From Dipteris shenzhenensis (lineage: Eukaryota), in assembly GCA_047967505.1 (NCBI GenBank), contig CM106538.1: a DNA stretch of 64,000 nt. One strand, 5' to 3'. This document shows positions 40,601-53,615 of this stretch, piece after piece. Position numbers and translations under genes: made by a program. The notes under the pieces were generated by a model, which saw nothing but the letters and a program-made list of their open reading frames with translations, was not told where the DNA came from and made no database searches. How positions within the stretch are numbered: the first letter of the stretch is position 1; every line of letters begins with the position of its first letter.

Positions 40601-41634
40601 ACCAATGGGAGGAATGCCATGACATGAGCTCTGCAATGGATTTGCACTTGAACATATGTTGGATGCGAGGGATTATGGGAAAATGTCACAGAACCTTACG
40701 AGGCACGTCCAAAGTTTTGAGATCTACTCTATATCTTGCCTCTCCACAAGTAGGGCACTCCCACATCCTTATGTAGGCCACAAAACAAAATGCAATCATT
40801 GATATATGCATGGATATGCTTGTAATATAATCCTCCAAGAGAGGTCACATGTTGCCTTGCCATATCTCTTGAGGTCGGTAATTTATTCTATCTTGGAAGC
40901 ATTTTACACAATAGCCTGCACGTGAAGACCATAAATGAGGAAAAGCATTCGAGTAATTGACCCACTAGCATAATTCACCATGTTTGCAAAATAGACTTTA
41001 AAGCTTACTTGAGTAATGCATTCAAACTTGCATTGCTCCATCCATAGATGGTTTGTCTGTTTAGTAACTCAAGGGAGGCACGTAGAACAGAGAATGTGTA
41101 CCCCTCAAACAATGGAGTCGATGCTATAGTAAAAAGGTCATCCTGCTCCATGCTATCATCCCTCCCTTGATGGACATATAAATCCCGCACCATATCATCA
41201 AACACCTCCTCCTCCATGGCTTCATGAGGTAATGGTGGAGGGCTACTATCACCATCACTCCATGCATCTGTAATGGTCCCTCCTGAAGATCCCACCTCAT
41301 ATCGCCGATGCTTCGCTTCCTCATGGCGAGCATAGGGCAACATATGCGGGTGTGGCACTGCAAACTGTATCAAATCAAAACGAGATCATAACTCAAACAT
41401 ATGAACACCCATAGGTATCTCAATCAACCTTAACTCTTTAACACTTACCATGTTTATGGTCGCATCCCATCCTCCATACTTTGAGATGTGATTGAGTGTA
41501 ATCCTGCATGCACGATACATGTTTCCTCGACATCGATCACACATACATTTGATTTTTTGCTCCAACCACATTTTGCAATGGTGGATACGGAGGGATTCAT
41601 CCTCACTGGAGCTACTTGTTGAAGATGAAGACAT
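37608..41634 (-). pseudogene. CACTA TnpD-type transposase (transposase-associated domain, Transposase_21, DUF4218, DUF4216-like), intron-containing
   Basis: CMCDRC...H; LGLGMDGVNPF, WPVILVNYNLPP, YLEPLIDEL, HDFPGYG; LDPMHIFKN; LKSHDWH; HLLVHL...WLFFLE; GTAAG donors between segments. Confidence 0.92.
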
Positions 41635-42469
41635 CCTACAAACAAACAACCCAAAAAAATTTGCTTTTCTTCAAATATTTAATTTTAAACTCTGTGGTGC
41701 GTCTAAAACCGCGTCTGTTTGTTTTGTGGTGTGCATCTACAAGCGCATCTAAAACTGCATCTGTCTGTTCTATGGTGTGCATCTACTAGCGCGTCTAAAA
41801 CCATGTCTGCTGTGTGTATTTAGATGCATTTATAGATGCGCTATTAGATGCGCCTATAGACGCGATTTTTAAATATGCTTTACGCGCGCTCGCTTTGCTT
41901 TTCTTCACATTACTTATACTTCGCGCGGCTTGCTTGCTTTGCTATTAGCAAATCCACAGTTTCGATGCTTAAGAGGAAGGCACCCACACTTACTTCCAAG
42001 CTTACACTTAAAAGGAAGGCACCCACACTTACTTCCAAGCTTAAAGGAGAAGAGGGTGAACAAGGAAGAGAAGCAACTTTGAAAAAGGAGAAGAAGCTTC
42101 CATACCTCTATCCAAGGTAAGTCTTTTTACAGTTGATCTTTTTTGGAAATTTTCTCTCTTTGGATTTGTCCTTTCTCGTATCCAAGAAACACATGATTTT
42201 GGTATCAGTGTTACGTTTTTGTGTTAGGCGCATGTCCTTTTCTACTTTTTAGAAAAGTCCGTTTGTTGAAGCACGTCTATAGGCACGTCTCAGAGCACGT
42301 CTAAAACCGCATCTACAGGTGTGTCTAGATGCACGTCTAGCCTATTTGTAGACACATACAACTGCATCTATAGATGCACTGTTATACACAAAAATAGATG
42401 CACTTCTTAGACGCATCTATAGACGCGCTCCGATAGTAATCTTTTCTTCCCTTCCTCTTTCTTCTCAGC

Positions 42470-43124
42470 TCATCAGTAATCGTCTTTTTTTCTTTTTTCC
42501 AGTTCACTGAGAGTCTATTTTTAGGGACTTATATAACCTTTTAGGGCACCCTCCTAGTCCTGCGGAGTTATACGGGTATATGACGGGTACTCTAAACACC
42601 CCCTAGGAGTCGGCACTACAGACTCCAAACCACCCCACACCAGTTGAGATTACCCCAGCGGAGTCAGCACAACCCAGTCGGCTACACTACCGAGGCCCTT
42701 CTCCCATGCCATCTTATGCCCCTTCCCCCATGCCGTCTTATGCCCCTTCTACCATGCCGTCTTATGCCCCTTCCCCCATGCCGTCAGGAGGTCCTTCTGT
42801 CTCGCAGAGCCATCGACGTACTCTTGTGAAGTCGAGACTCAGTTCTCCAGCTACAAGTGGTCCACGTAGTCCCGTGTAGTCTCCAACTACGAGTGGCCAG
42901 CGTACTAGCTCGACACGACACGATAGCAGGTGAAGTAGCAGGGAGAGCAGTGGGGGATGCATGGCACAGTGCTTTGGGAGGGGTGGTGGTGGGGACGATG
43001 ATGATTCAGATGATTTAGACATGCCTCCGGGTGATGGTATGATATTCTATGACATCACTCAGACAGGAGGCATCTTGATGGAAACTCCTAACTTCAGGCA
43101 ACCCACCATAGTTGAGAGCATCCG
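42470..43124 (+). pseudogene. Ser/Pro-rich N-terminal fragment of the putative second CACTA gene, with 21-bp tandem repeats (PSPMPSYA-like)
   Basis: Follows pyrimidine-rich splice acceptors and lies between CACTA repeat clusters and the hAT junction. Its position mirrors 56400-58006 in the second CACTA. Confidence 0.45.
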
Positions 43125-44920
43125 GCCTTCAAGATTTAGAGAATGCACAGTATGTACTTGGTAGATCTAGCTTGCGGTTAGGATATCCACTGGGTATGGT
43201 TGATAACGATGATATGAGAGCTACATGGAATTGCATTGCTAACTATGGACTAGTCAAGCCCCCTTCATACCACACATTGCATACAACATTATTAGACAAG
43301 GCATATGCAGAAGAGAAAGATCACATAAATCGCAGCATTTTTGAGCAACTGCATAATGTCGAATGCACAATTGTCTCAGATGGGTGGACAAGCAAAAAAC
43401 ACCATGCTTTATTGAATGTGATGGTTATATCACCACGTGAGGAGGCCTTCCACACATCAGTTGGTGCCTCATATGTAAAGAAGTTGGGGACATATATAGC
43501 TGGTGTATTATCAAAGGTTATAAGAGAGCTAGGCCCTGAAAGGTTGTGCAGGTTGTCATGGATAATGCAAAGAGTTGTAAAAAGGCAAGTAGAATATTGC
43601 AAAGGGAGTATAACAATCTATATGTATTTGCGTGTTGTACACATACTTTAAATCTTGCATTGAAATATTGGTATAAACAAGTGCCATGGTTCAAAGAGAT
43701 TGTTTGTGAGGCTCGAGATATCGTGAAGTTAGTACAATCGAAGCAACGTCTCGAAGCAATCTTTATATCTTGTGATGGTTCTACCATGTTGCGATTGCTA
43801 GCAACCACGAGATTTTCTATGTATGTCTACACTTCGCAATCCTTGGTGAAGAATATGAGTCTTCTTATAGAAGCATTTCATTGTGATACATTTGAATGAT
43901 GGATGTTAGACTTGACCGATAGGGCAACAAAGGAGAAACTACATGACCTAAAAAAAACATTAGGATACCCTGCATTATGGAAACAGTTTGAGGATGCTGC
44001 TAATGTTATGAAACCTATATTATATACACTTAGGGCTTTGGACTCAAAGGCTCCAATAATAAAAAAACCATGGATGTTTTTTTGGAGTATTGAGCAAGCT
44101 CTTATTTTGTGAGGAATCCCCCTACTCGCCTAGGCCAAGAGAATGAGAGAAGACCATTTCATGCTACAAAACACAAGGAATTGCGGCAATTGTTTAGGCC
44201 TCGATGGGAGCAAGCTCACAATCCCTTGCATAGTATTGGGTACCGTTTAGACCCCAAGTGGTGGAATATGAAGCCCAAAGAGATCCCAATTGTTATGCAT
44301 GACTTTCATAAGGTTGTGCGACAATATTATCCCAAAAACAATGAGTTTGCAAAGTGTTGTAATGAGTTAGCCACGTATCGATGCAAGGATGGGTTGTTTG
44401 CATCAAGCGATGTTCTAGCGTTGGTATCAAGCGATGTTCTAGCATTGGTAGAAACTACATTTGCTTGGAAATGATGGCTGATGAATGGTGGCATGTGTGA
44501 GCTTCTATGCCCAATTGCAATTAGGGTTCTTTCTTAGACATGCTCAAACTTAGGCTTAGAAAGAAAGTGGAGTCATTACAAGTACATTCATAGTACCTTA
44601 CAAAATAGACTTCTAGAGAATCGAGATGAGAAGCTAGTGTACATCTATGCCAATCATAAAATGCTGGAAACATTAGTAGATGTGGGATATGAGGAAAGTT
44701 TAAAAATGGACCTATGATATCCCACTTGATGCTATCTAGCGTGAAGCAGTCCCATTATTGCAGATACTAGAATGCCAAAAAAGAGGATGAGGAAGGTACT
44801 AATGGTACAACATCTGAGGAGGATAGCAATGAGGAGGATGAATTGGATGAAGATGAAGGAAATAATATTCACCTTCCACATGGGTCTGAAGACGAGGACA
44901 TTGATGAGACAAACATGATG
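43125..44920 (+). pseudogene. hAT transposase (DUF659 plus C-terminal dimerisation domain); N-terminus missing
   Basis: PPSYHTL, TIVSDGWT, QVVMDNA, CCTHTLNL, TRF, PLHSIGYRLDP, ERKWSHYKYIHSTLQNRL...EKLVYIYAN, acidic tail. Confidence 0.92.
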
Positions 44921-45337
44921 ACTCATGAATATAGTGACTCGTGAATTGTGGCAATGATGGCCATGATGATGATAGTGGGTTTTGAATATCTCATTGTGTT
45001 CTTGTTTATGATTGTAGGTCATAGGTTTAGGGCGGGATAAATTTTTCTCTCTCTCTATGGTATTGTCTCATCGTGCATTGTAAATGTCTTGTGTTTAGGG
45101 TTTGGGCTTTGAAGACATGATTCTTCTGTGTCGCCATCACATAGGCCTCTAGGTTGTAATGTTGATTGTAGTGCTCTTGACCATGCTCATTTGCTCAAGA
45201 GCATGCAAACTGGCATACCACTCGCCATCATATGCAATCAAAGGCTATGCAATGATGTGCAAAAGAAGCATATGCAAAGTGATATATTTATTCTCAATGG
45301 TAACATTCTTTTTGAATGAATTTTGAGATAAGTTTTA

Positions 45338-45340
<3 letters not shown>

Positions 45341-45413
<73 letters not shown>
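45341..45413. repeat. (GA)n microsatellite
   Basis: Perfect dinucleotide run between the convergent hAT and RING genes. Confidence 0.95.
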
Positions 45414-45414
<1 letters not shown>

Positions 45415-45809
45415 ATCCATGAAAAATACATTATTATTTAGCCTTAAATTTATATTTCAATGGCAAATAAAAAATGCTTTTTCATTTAGGTTTTAGAATT
45501 TTAATGCAAGATAGAAACCTACATGTTGTTTTAGGATTGCTAGTTTGCCAATTCGGATGGAATGCACATGTAAGTTCAAATACTTTAATTGCAAATGCTG
45601 AATGACTTTCCATTTAGTTGTGCATTTTGATTTAGAATTGCAAACTACTTTATTCTATAAATTTTAATTAGCTTATTACTTTATTCATTTATAATTGCAA
45701 CCATATAAGCTTGAAAGAACATATAACTTGAAACAAAGTCATATATTTCCATCATAGAGAATGTACACATTGTAAAGAGGTGAAAGTCATGGTTTGGGAT
45801 ACAGCTCTC

Positions 45810-47000
45810 CTAAGCCCAATACCATGTACTATGCCATTGATAGTTGGTCTTTACAAAGTGGACAAATAGTTCTAGTCGGAAAGTAATCTACTAGACAATA
45901 AATGTGAAATTTGTGACTGCAAGGTTGAGCATAATAGCCAGTTGAGTTATCAAACAAACACTGGCATATTGGGCACAAACAATTCTCTAGGCTATCAGAG
46001 GGAAGGGGTTGCATGGCATATGGTTGAGAAGATGGATGCCGACAAACAACAACTAATCGTGCCTCCATGCTCGCATCTCCGATTAGTGCTACACGTGCAT
46101 TGTGGGCTTCTTGTTGTAGCTATGTGTTGAGATCCTCTAGGCTCTTTAGATGGGCACATAGAGCTATAATCTCATTCTGTACCTTTGGCTCAGTTTGCGG
46201 TCTTTTGGTTTCTAGGTGTTGGACTTGCTCAAACCGGGCTTCATTCTCTTCACAGAGTTGTGCCACTTGTTGCTCTAGTGGTCTATGTGCACCCTCCAAT
46301 GCCTTGGAAAATTGTGACTAGGTGATCGTCACTTTAGTACGAGGGTATGCTTGTCCTTATAAGATGAGAAGTGCACTTGGATCTATCGTTTATAAAATGC
46401 ACGTACAAGAGCTTTGCAAAGTACATTGCCACTTCATTATGGTGTGGCACCTTCCCATATACCTCGATATATATTTGCTTGGCATTTTGCCAAATCCATT
46501 GGTCTCGGCAATTCGTTATCTTCCATCTCCGATGCTGTGGTCAAAAGCTTGGGTTGGGGTGCTTCCACCTCCCTTTGTTGTTCTTCTACGTCTCCTCACT
46601 TGGCTGCCTGAGGCTTCCTCTTCATCGGCCTCTAAGGGCTAGTTTGCCAAAAGCTCTTGTTTCGAGACAAACTTGTTCACTTCTTTCCATTGCATGCTTG
46701 CAAAACCAACACCCATGGTGTTGCTTGCTAGTTTGTATGTGATAATTATTGACAAAAGACCTAAGAAATGATCCATCTAATATTAGAAGCATGCAAAAAT
46801 TGAAATATTAAACATACATACCTTCAGGTTGAGCGTACATGGATGTACGTAGAATAGTGTCTGGCACATGCTCAGGCGCTACATTGGCAACCTTGTGTAG
46901 CCACTTGAAATGCAAGCATTGATGCTTGGGAGTCAGCATGTTGAGCCTCCTCTTGCATCAATGGACACTTGCCTGCTCTTCTAGAGCCTTCCTCCTCCTT
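45810..47000 (-). pseudogene. Coiled-coil plus C-terminal RING-H2 (putative E3 ligase) relic
   Basis: CPIC-x12-CSHKFHIYC-x10-CPLC (C3H2C3), preceded by an E/Q-rich helical stretch with stops. 5' boundary approximate. Confidence 0.75.
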
Positions 47001-47499
47001 GGGTGCCAAGGAGGAGTATCCTCTCCTTGTGACAGTCTCACAAGAAAGTATTGCTTGTTGTAGAGAGCGAAGTGCAGATGAATGCTTGGTGTGAGATAGT
47101 ATGCAAAGTCCTCGCAAAGTCTACATGCACCAAATTCAACATTTGTGAGGTAGCAATGTGTGACATAGGATGCAAGATGCAAATGTCACATGCAATCAAA
47201 TGCTTGATGCAAGATGAAGATGTTATATATCCCATGCAAGATGCAAACTGTTACATATGCTATGCAAAATAAGTTATAACAAGATTACTTTAATTTAACA
47301 AAATGCACATGTTACAATCTTTATTTACGTCGAATTGTACAAATTAAATTTTATTTTTGAACAAGAATTTCATTACAATAAGTTAGACACATAGAGGCCC
47401 AAAAATATTATAAGACAAAAAATGTGGCTTACGTTGCAAGCCTAAGGGTGAGGCTAATATCTTCCATAGGCCTCATAGCCAATTCTCCCTCACATTCTA

Positions 47500-49068
47500 C
47501 TCTTTTTAAGATATCATTGGTCTCTCCAGGTGGCTTTCTCTAATTGGCAATGCGATGCATCATTTGTTCTTTTGCATGACGCTTAATTGCATTAATGACA
47601 TGAGAAGGAGGCATTTTCCAATCATCCTCAAGATATCCCCAAGCATCTTCAAAAAATTGAATCATCTCAACAATGATCCATCCCAATGCATACATATCTG
47701 CATGGCATGTATATATGCCTTAATGCTACTTCTTGTAGCTTAGGTGCAAGCCATTTTTCTCACCCATGGAGTCTTCGGACCTCTTTCCTGCAAACTCGCT
47801 CAGCAAAGTCGGCATCTATCTCCAAAGACTACTTCTTCAGATGCTTGAATGCCTTTCGACTCTCCGAGAAGTCCATGGCCATCCCCTAGTCTACGATGCC
47901 TACTCAACATCTAGACTTTTCAACAAAATCCAATAAGATATTTCCCAGGTGTAGGTCTGTGTGCATCCACCTTCCAGCATGCAACCTTGCTAAACCATCC
48001 AGAAGTGCATGGATGATATGGAGGAGATTCTTACAAATGACATTGATTTGGACAATATCTTCCTTCTCCAATGTAGGTTGGACTCTCTCGGTTGCTATGG
48101 CCATTAGATCCGCTCCTCCACTTAAAACATGGTGGAAGTAGCATGTGAACTTGCCATGGTCCATTGGCAGAATTTGAAGGAACCGCAACAAGCTACCGCC
48201 ATTAAAGTATGGTGTGATGGTCTATAGAGGCTCTTCTTGGGTTACTGCGATCACATGTATAAGGACTGGGTGTAAAATCAGCAAGAGTTGTTCTCTCCTT
48301 GCTTCTTGTGTACACGTGCCAATATTGCCCTTGTACTTCTTTTCAGCATATTCCATGTGATATGGCAACCTTCTAGCTCCTACCAACTGTACTTTAAATA
48401 CAATGCCATGGGTGCCTGAGTTGATTTTCTTACCAACTTGTATCTCCCGAGTATCTCCCTCTCTGTGACATATGCCAAGTGTAACACTTTGACTATGTTA
48501 GTAGCAGGTGTTGTTCTCTTTAAACCTCATCACCTCTCAATGGTTGAGAGGGTGTAGAGGCTAGTTGCTCTTCACTTAGGGCCAGGGACGTAGCTCGCCC
48601 AGAAGGTGCTGCAGCCTTCTTGTCCTAGATCTTAGCCACTATCATAGGGCGATCTGATGCAAGGACCTTAATCTTGTGCTTGGCCCATACACCCACCCAT
48701 TGTGTTAACTTGAAGACATCAAAATCTTGTGCAAGAGTAGGTTGTACATTGCATGCTTCATTGAAGCGGGTCTCTGTATTCGCAATAAAGTTGTCAACAA
48801 ACCAAAGCATGGCATCTGTCTCCCATTGGATGTGGCTAGTAAGGTCACCATAACCTTTAGACTGCAAACTGCTCTTAGCATTACCAAGAATCCTCCTCTT
48901 CATAGTGTTGACTCCCTTTAGACTAGACATGGTTGATTCCATTTCACTCTCCTCCATGTTGCACACCCTAACAAAAAAGGCATCCCGAATGCTTCTCATC
49001 ACTCTCTTGTGCTTGCCCGTACTTAGCTCTTTCCCTACTTTTTGATTAGTGCTGGTAGTTGAGGCCAT
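47500..49068 (-). pseudogene. Protein kinase relic with an unrecognised N-terminal domain
   Basis: Hand translation: KKINSGTHGIVFKV (I), EYAEK (II), HPVLIHVI (IV), PYFNGGSL (V), HTDLHLGNILL (VIb), IVD*GMA (VII), WLAP (VIII), DMYALG (IX). Confidence 0.85.
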
Positions 49069-50989
49069 GCTTCTCCAATGCTTGCGAGCAGATCTTACTG
49101 TGTGTGTGGAAAGCTTTATCGCTTGACACTAACAAAGAGCTACATTGGCCACACAATAGTGAACAAGCAGGCATCTAACAATAACTAACACCCTATGCAT
49201 TCTTTATTTTTTTAATTACATGAAATGCAAATGAATTATCATGCATTGATGTAAAAGTTTGAAGACTTCCTAAAAGCTAATAACTTTCAATGCACAAATG
49301 ATTCTTTCAATGCATGCATGCAACAAATGACTCTTCCTCGATTCTTTCAACGCATGCATGCAACAAATGCTAAGTAAATTATTAAAAAATTTGACAAAAC
49401 AATCACCCCTTTATGTGGAGATCTGAGCTAACTTGGATCTAGGTTATTGCTCCAATTAGCCCCCTCTCCTATTCAAGAAGTGGGACCAGGAACTACTTCT
49501 TGGACTAGGCCCCTCTAAGACTTGGAGAGAGGAGGAGCCCGAGATTGTTGGCATATATCTTGGGCCGATAGTATTACTAGTGGTAATTTGTGTAATACCA
49601 CCACTAATAGTAGTACTAACGACAGTAGTATGTCAATTACCACCGATAGCAACACGATTCTTGGCGGGAATACTGCCACTAGCGGTGGTAATAATATGAC
49701 CAACGGTATTATATGCATACTACTACTAGTAGTATTGTGTTAAACTATCGGCGGTAATATACTACCACCGGTATATATCCGGTTTCCAAGTCACGGCCAT
49801 TTGATAGCGCAAAGACGTGATTGTGCTCGTGATTGCATGAAATTGGTCATCACGATAGGTAATTATAAGAAAATTCACGTGATTACATGAATATGCAATC
49901 CCAATCTCAGAGTCATGTATATCCTCCTCTAAGTGTCTCTAATGTTGACTGATTTGTTGCTATCTGCACCTCAAGTGGGGTTCTCTCAAAGGATTTTTGA
50001 GGAAGCAAGGAAATCAAACTTGGTTGTACTGATAGAATTTGTGCTTTTAAAACATTGAGGATTGCACTAAATTTCTCATTGCTCATCCTCTTGATATTTT
50101 CTTCCTCCATTTTCTAATGCAAAATTACACAAGCAACCTTGGTAATGCCCTTTTTTTTCCATGCCTTCAAATTATGAACCTCAAAGGAAAAAGCCAAAAC
50201 AATCATTCGACTCGATGGCTGATATAAAAAGGGACATGTTCTCTCAATCGAATTAGTGGAAAAAATTTACCCAATTTGGTTAGGTGTAGATCAAAGTTAC
50301 GGACATAAGGATAATAAAATTGAAGTCAAGAAGGTTTTCATATAGTACTAGGCACCTACTTGCAAAAAGACACAATGCACAAATTGAGGAAGTATATGAA
50401 AATTGCTGAAACAAGAATTGGATGAGCAAAAAAAGTGATCCTCCATGCTAGGAATGTGTTGATCCTAGTATATAGTCATGGGTTTCGAAATCTAAGAAGT
50501 GTTCTTGAAGAGCAACAACAAGGTGAAGATGCCATACATTGCATGCAAGCAAGCTTTATTTAATTTGTCCTCATAGAATGGATTTTGATTGAGATGCTAG
50601 CTCCACAATGAGTGAAGGTATTTGAAAAGTATGTGTTAGATCACACGGGTCATTTAATTAAATGCTCAAAAGTATTTTAGAAGGTATGCCACTTATCTTT
50701 TTTCTTTATCTTTTTCACAGACCATTCCTTCATTCATGGTTGCTAGTTTTGCACACTTGGCCAAATATCACAATTACTCTTAGACTATAAAATCCTCCAT
50801 CTTGTGAAAGGGTATGCAAAATTTAAAATCACGTTCTTACATGGCACCTAATGGCCCCTCAAGCTTTAAACAATCATAAGTCTGTTTAATCATTAAATAT
50901 GCTTGCAAAAGTACTCAATTAATGTTGAAAGCAGATTACTAGAAAAAACAAAAGAGAGGGAGATTAATCATTAGTTCTTGCAATTGAGC

Positions 50990-50992
<3 letters not shown>

Positions 50993-51035
<43 letters not shown>

Positions 51036-51517
51036 GATATGATTGTATTAATGTCCTCGTGAGACTTTTCAGGATCTATGGGACAGTGATCACTATCAAC
51101 AAGTAGTGATTATTTACATCCATTGACAGAAAATAGCATCAATAAAAGCATAAATGTGCTATGGAGTGAGTACTTGTTGTGCTAGCCTGTGTGCTAGACC
51201 AAGTACTTTGTTGCGATATTCTAAAATTTCCTTTATGTAGTTGCCTAGCTCTTTGGCTGGCCACTCCAGTAGGGATTTTAGGTTGCTTCTATTGCCCCCA
51301 TAACATTCTCTGATTTGCGCATATGCTCGACATGTTAGGAGTACATGCTGCTCATTTTCTACTTCTCCTGTGGGGCAGATTTTACATAGTCTTTCCTCTC
51401 TTGGTACCCTGGGTCTTGCCCATCTTCCCCTCTCCACCTCGAGATCATGTGACCTGGTTCTAATTTTATAGATTAAATGCCTTTCAAATATTGATATGTC
51501 TTCCTTGAGGTGTTTCT

Positions 51518-51558
<41 letters not shown>
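50993..51558 (-). mobile_element. 5'-truncated RTEX-like LINE fragment flanked by (GA)n on both sides
   Basis: SHDLEVERGRW...REERLCKIC...ENEQHVLLTC matches the ORF2 C-terminus of 14041-20315; family 3' hairpin at 51046-51084. Confidence 0.88.
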
Positions 51559-51560
<2 letters not shown>

Positions 51561-52047
51561 TTGAAAAACATAAAAGGCAAAATTGGCTATTCTTAGATAA
51601 TAATTCAGCAATAGTTTGATCTGCTAAAGTCACCCATAAACTAATTTATGGATTAACAATGTTAAAAAAAAAAGGGCCTGAGCATACACTAGATAAGGGT
51701 AGCCCACTAAGAATGCAACTCTCACACATGCTAATTGGTGTTGCTAGTTGTGTTGGTGGGGTAATAGTAGGGACTTCTTATTGTTCCCATGCTCAATCTT
51801 GAATCTTATCCCAAAATTCTAGTACTATGTCAATATCGGTCCGGGTTGAAGGCCAATCTAACGAGCATTGTGGTGCCCAAAGGTTTTGATAGCATGTAGC
51901 TCTCTTGTCATCATTAACCACCATGACAAGTTGCTGACATCTCAGTGCTTGAGTGCAACTTCCTAGCATTCTCAAACTAGCGCCTACAGTTTTTATGCTC
52001 AACCCTAGTGGAGCTATAAGCGATCATGTGGGGAATCGCTCTAAGAG

Positions 52048-52081
<34 letters not shown>

Positions 52082-52169
52082 CTCTCCCTCAACTAGTAGA
52101 GACATAGAGAAAAGAATAAAAATTCACTTATATGAGACCTCTAATGAAAATCCATGAAAATGTGCATAT

Positions 52170-53500
52170 TTTACTGCGTTTAGATGACGTGGGAGGCGAG
52201 CCAGGGGCGTGAAAGGCGGACACGGTGAGACGTGTCCAGCTGTGCGGCATAGATCCACTCCATCCTCCAAACGTGTTTCGGTGTCGACCAGGCTCCACGT
52301 GGCGGAGCGATCCCCACGGGGCAGTCGGCACGGACGGGTCACGGGAGAGTGCGGCCCTTTCGGTTCGTTCCACAAATCCAGCACGATCTTTCAGGCTGTC
52401 GTCCCAGATTGTCAATTTATTCGAATCTTCGTTACTTTGTTAGAGAGCGGAGTATCCTTTTTGCGACTCACCTCCTCACCTCTAGTATTATATATACGCT
52501 AGTATTATTATATATACGATAGGATCCAACTTCTAAATCTTATTACAGTATGATCTAAAGATCCATCGTCACATCACCCGGCCAGAGATATCACCCATGA
52601 AGCCAGTTAGTGACGGTTAAATTCCTACTACGGTTTCACGTGAAAAACCAACTGAGGGATAACCTGCACGTCCAGTAGTCCAGTGCTCCTGGGATCATGA
52701 AAGCGAAGCACTGAGCGGCGAAGTGTTTCTTGTTTACTTATATTTTGGAGGCGTATCACCAATAATTAATGTCGCGAACAAGAGACGCCAACGCACCTGC
52801 ACCTCGAAGTCGAACTCATTGAGAAATGAAGGCTACACGTGATTTGACGAAGGAAAAGCTGCACGACCAATCTACGGAAGGCCAGAAAATATGAACCCAA
52901 TTGATCTTGTAGTACGTTACATCTAAGCACGTCCGGAGGACCGAACACTCAACCACAGCGAAGCGACCTTCCCATTCGTTAAACTCCGGGCTAATATTAT
53001 GGATAATGGAAGAATTCAATCTGATGTCCGTTGAATCAATTTGCAACGGACGGTTTGATGTCTGTCCGTTGAATTAATTTGCGTAAAACCTTCTTTCTGA
53101 CTCGTGAGGTTCTCGCTGGCAACATAAATTATCGGATGTTGTTCTCCAGGCTGAGTTGACTTTAGGCATTTTATGTCAAGATAGACTGCAATAGCCACAC
53201 GCCAGGCTCCAGCGCCTGAAATCTGGATGTCCCTTTTTACGTCCTTTAGAAGCTGCGCGGCCACGGTGATTGGTTTTGCGTCGTCTCGAAGGTGTGCAGA
53301 TATGGTGATTGGTCTGTTATCACATACCCAGGGCAAGTCGCGGCGATCTTGTACCTCTTTTCAAAATACGTGAAAAATCGAAATACGCTACATATACGTC
53401 GTCATCATTTCTATGGGAGCTTCGAAGTTCGCATTTTCATCCTTGATTTCATGAACGATCTACAACCGCTTGAAGTTATAAGACATGGTTCTATTCTTCT
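52170..53500. promoter_or_regulatory. CpG-retaining non-TE island with clustered ACGT-core (G-box/ABRE-like) motifs
   Basis: TGACGTGG, GACGTGTC, CCACGTGGC, TTTCACGTGAAA, ACACGTG; no convincing ORF. Confidence 0.4.
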
Positions 53501-53615
53501 TAGTTAGGTAATGATACGTACACAAATCTTTTGTTCTTTTCAAATCAGGTTTCTATATGAGTAAAAGAAAGTTACGATGTAGAATTTCAAGGAAATAGAA
53601 TTAGGTATTTCAAGA

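Larger units (their letters stand above)
37198..43124 (-). mobile_element. CACTA/EnSpm element (termini not clearly identified), inserted in the hAT
   Basis: AGAYGCRTCT palindromic repeat clusters at 37200-37420, 41690-41870 and 42270-42430; transposase relic present. Confidence 0.85.
36450..49904 (+). mobile_element. Large hAT DNA transposon with cargo genes and a nested CACTA
   Basis: Exact 8-bp TSD TCTCAGAG (36442-36449, 49905-49912). TIRs CAAGGATTACAT and ATGCAATCCCAA. ACCAMCG-type subterminal repeats at 36580-36730 and 49565-49775. hAT transposase inside. Confidence 0.8.
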
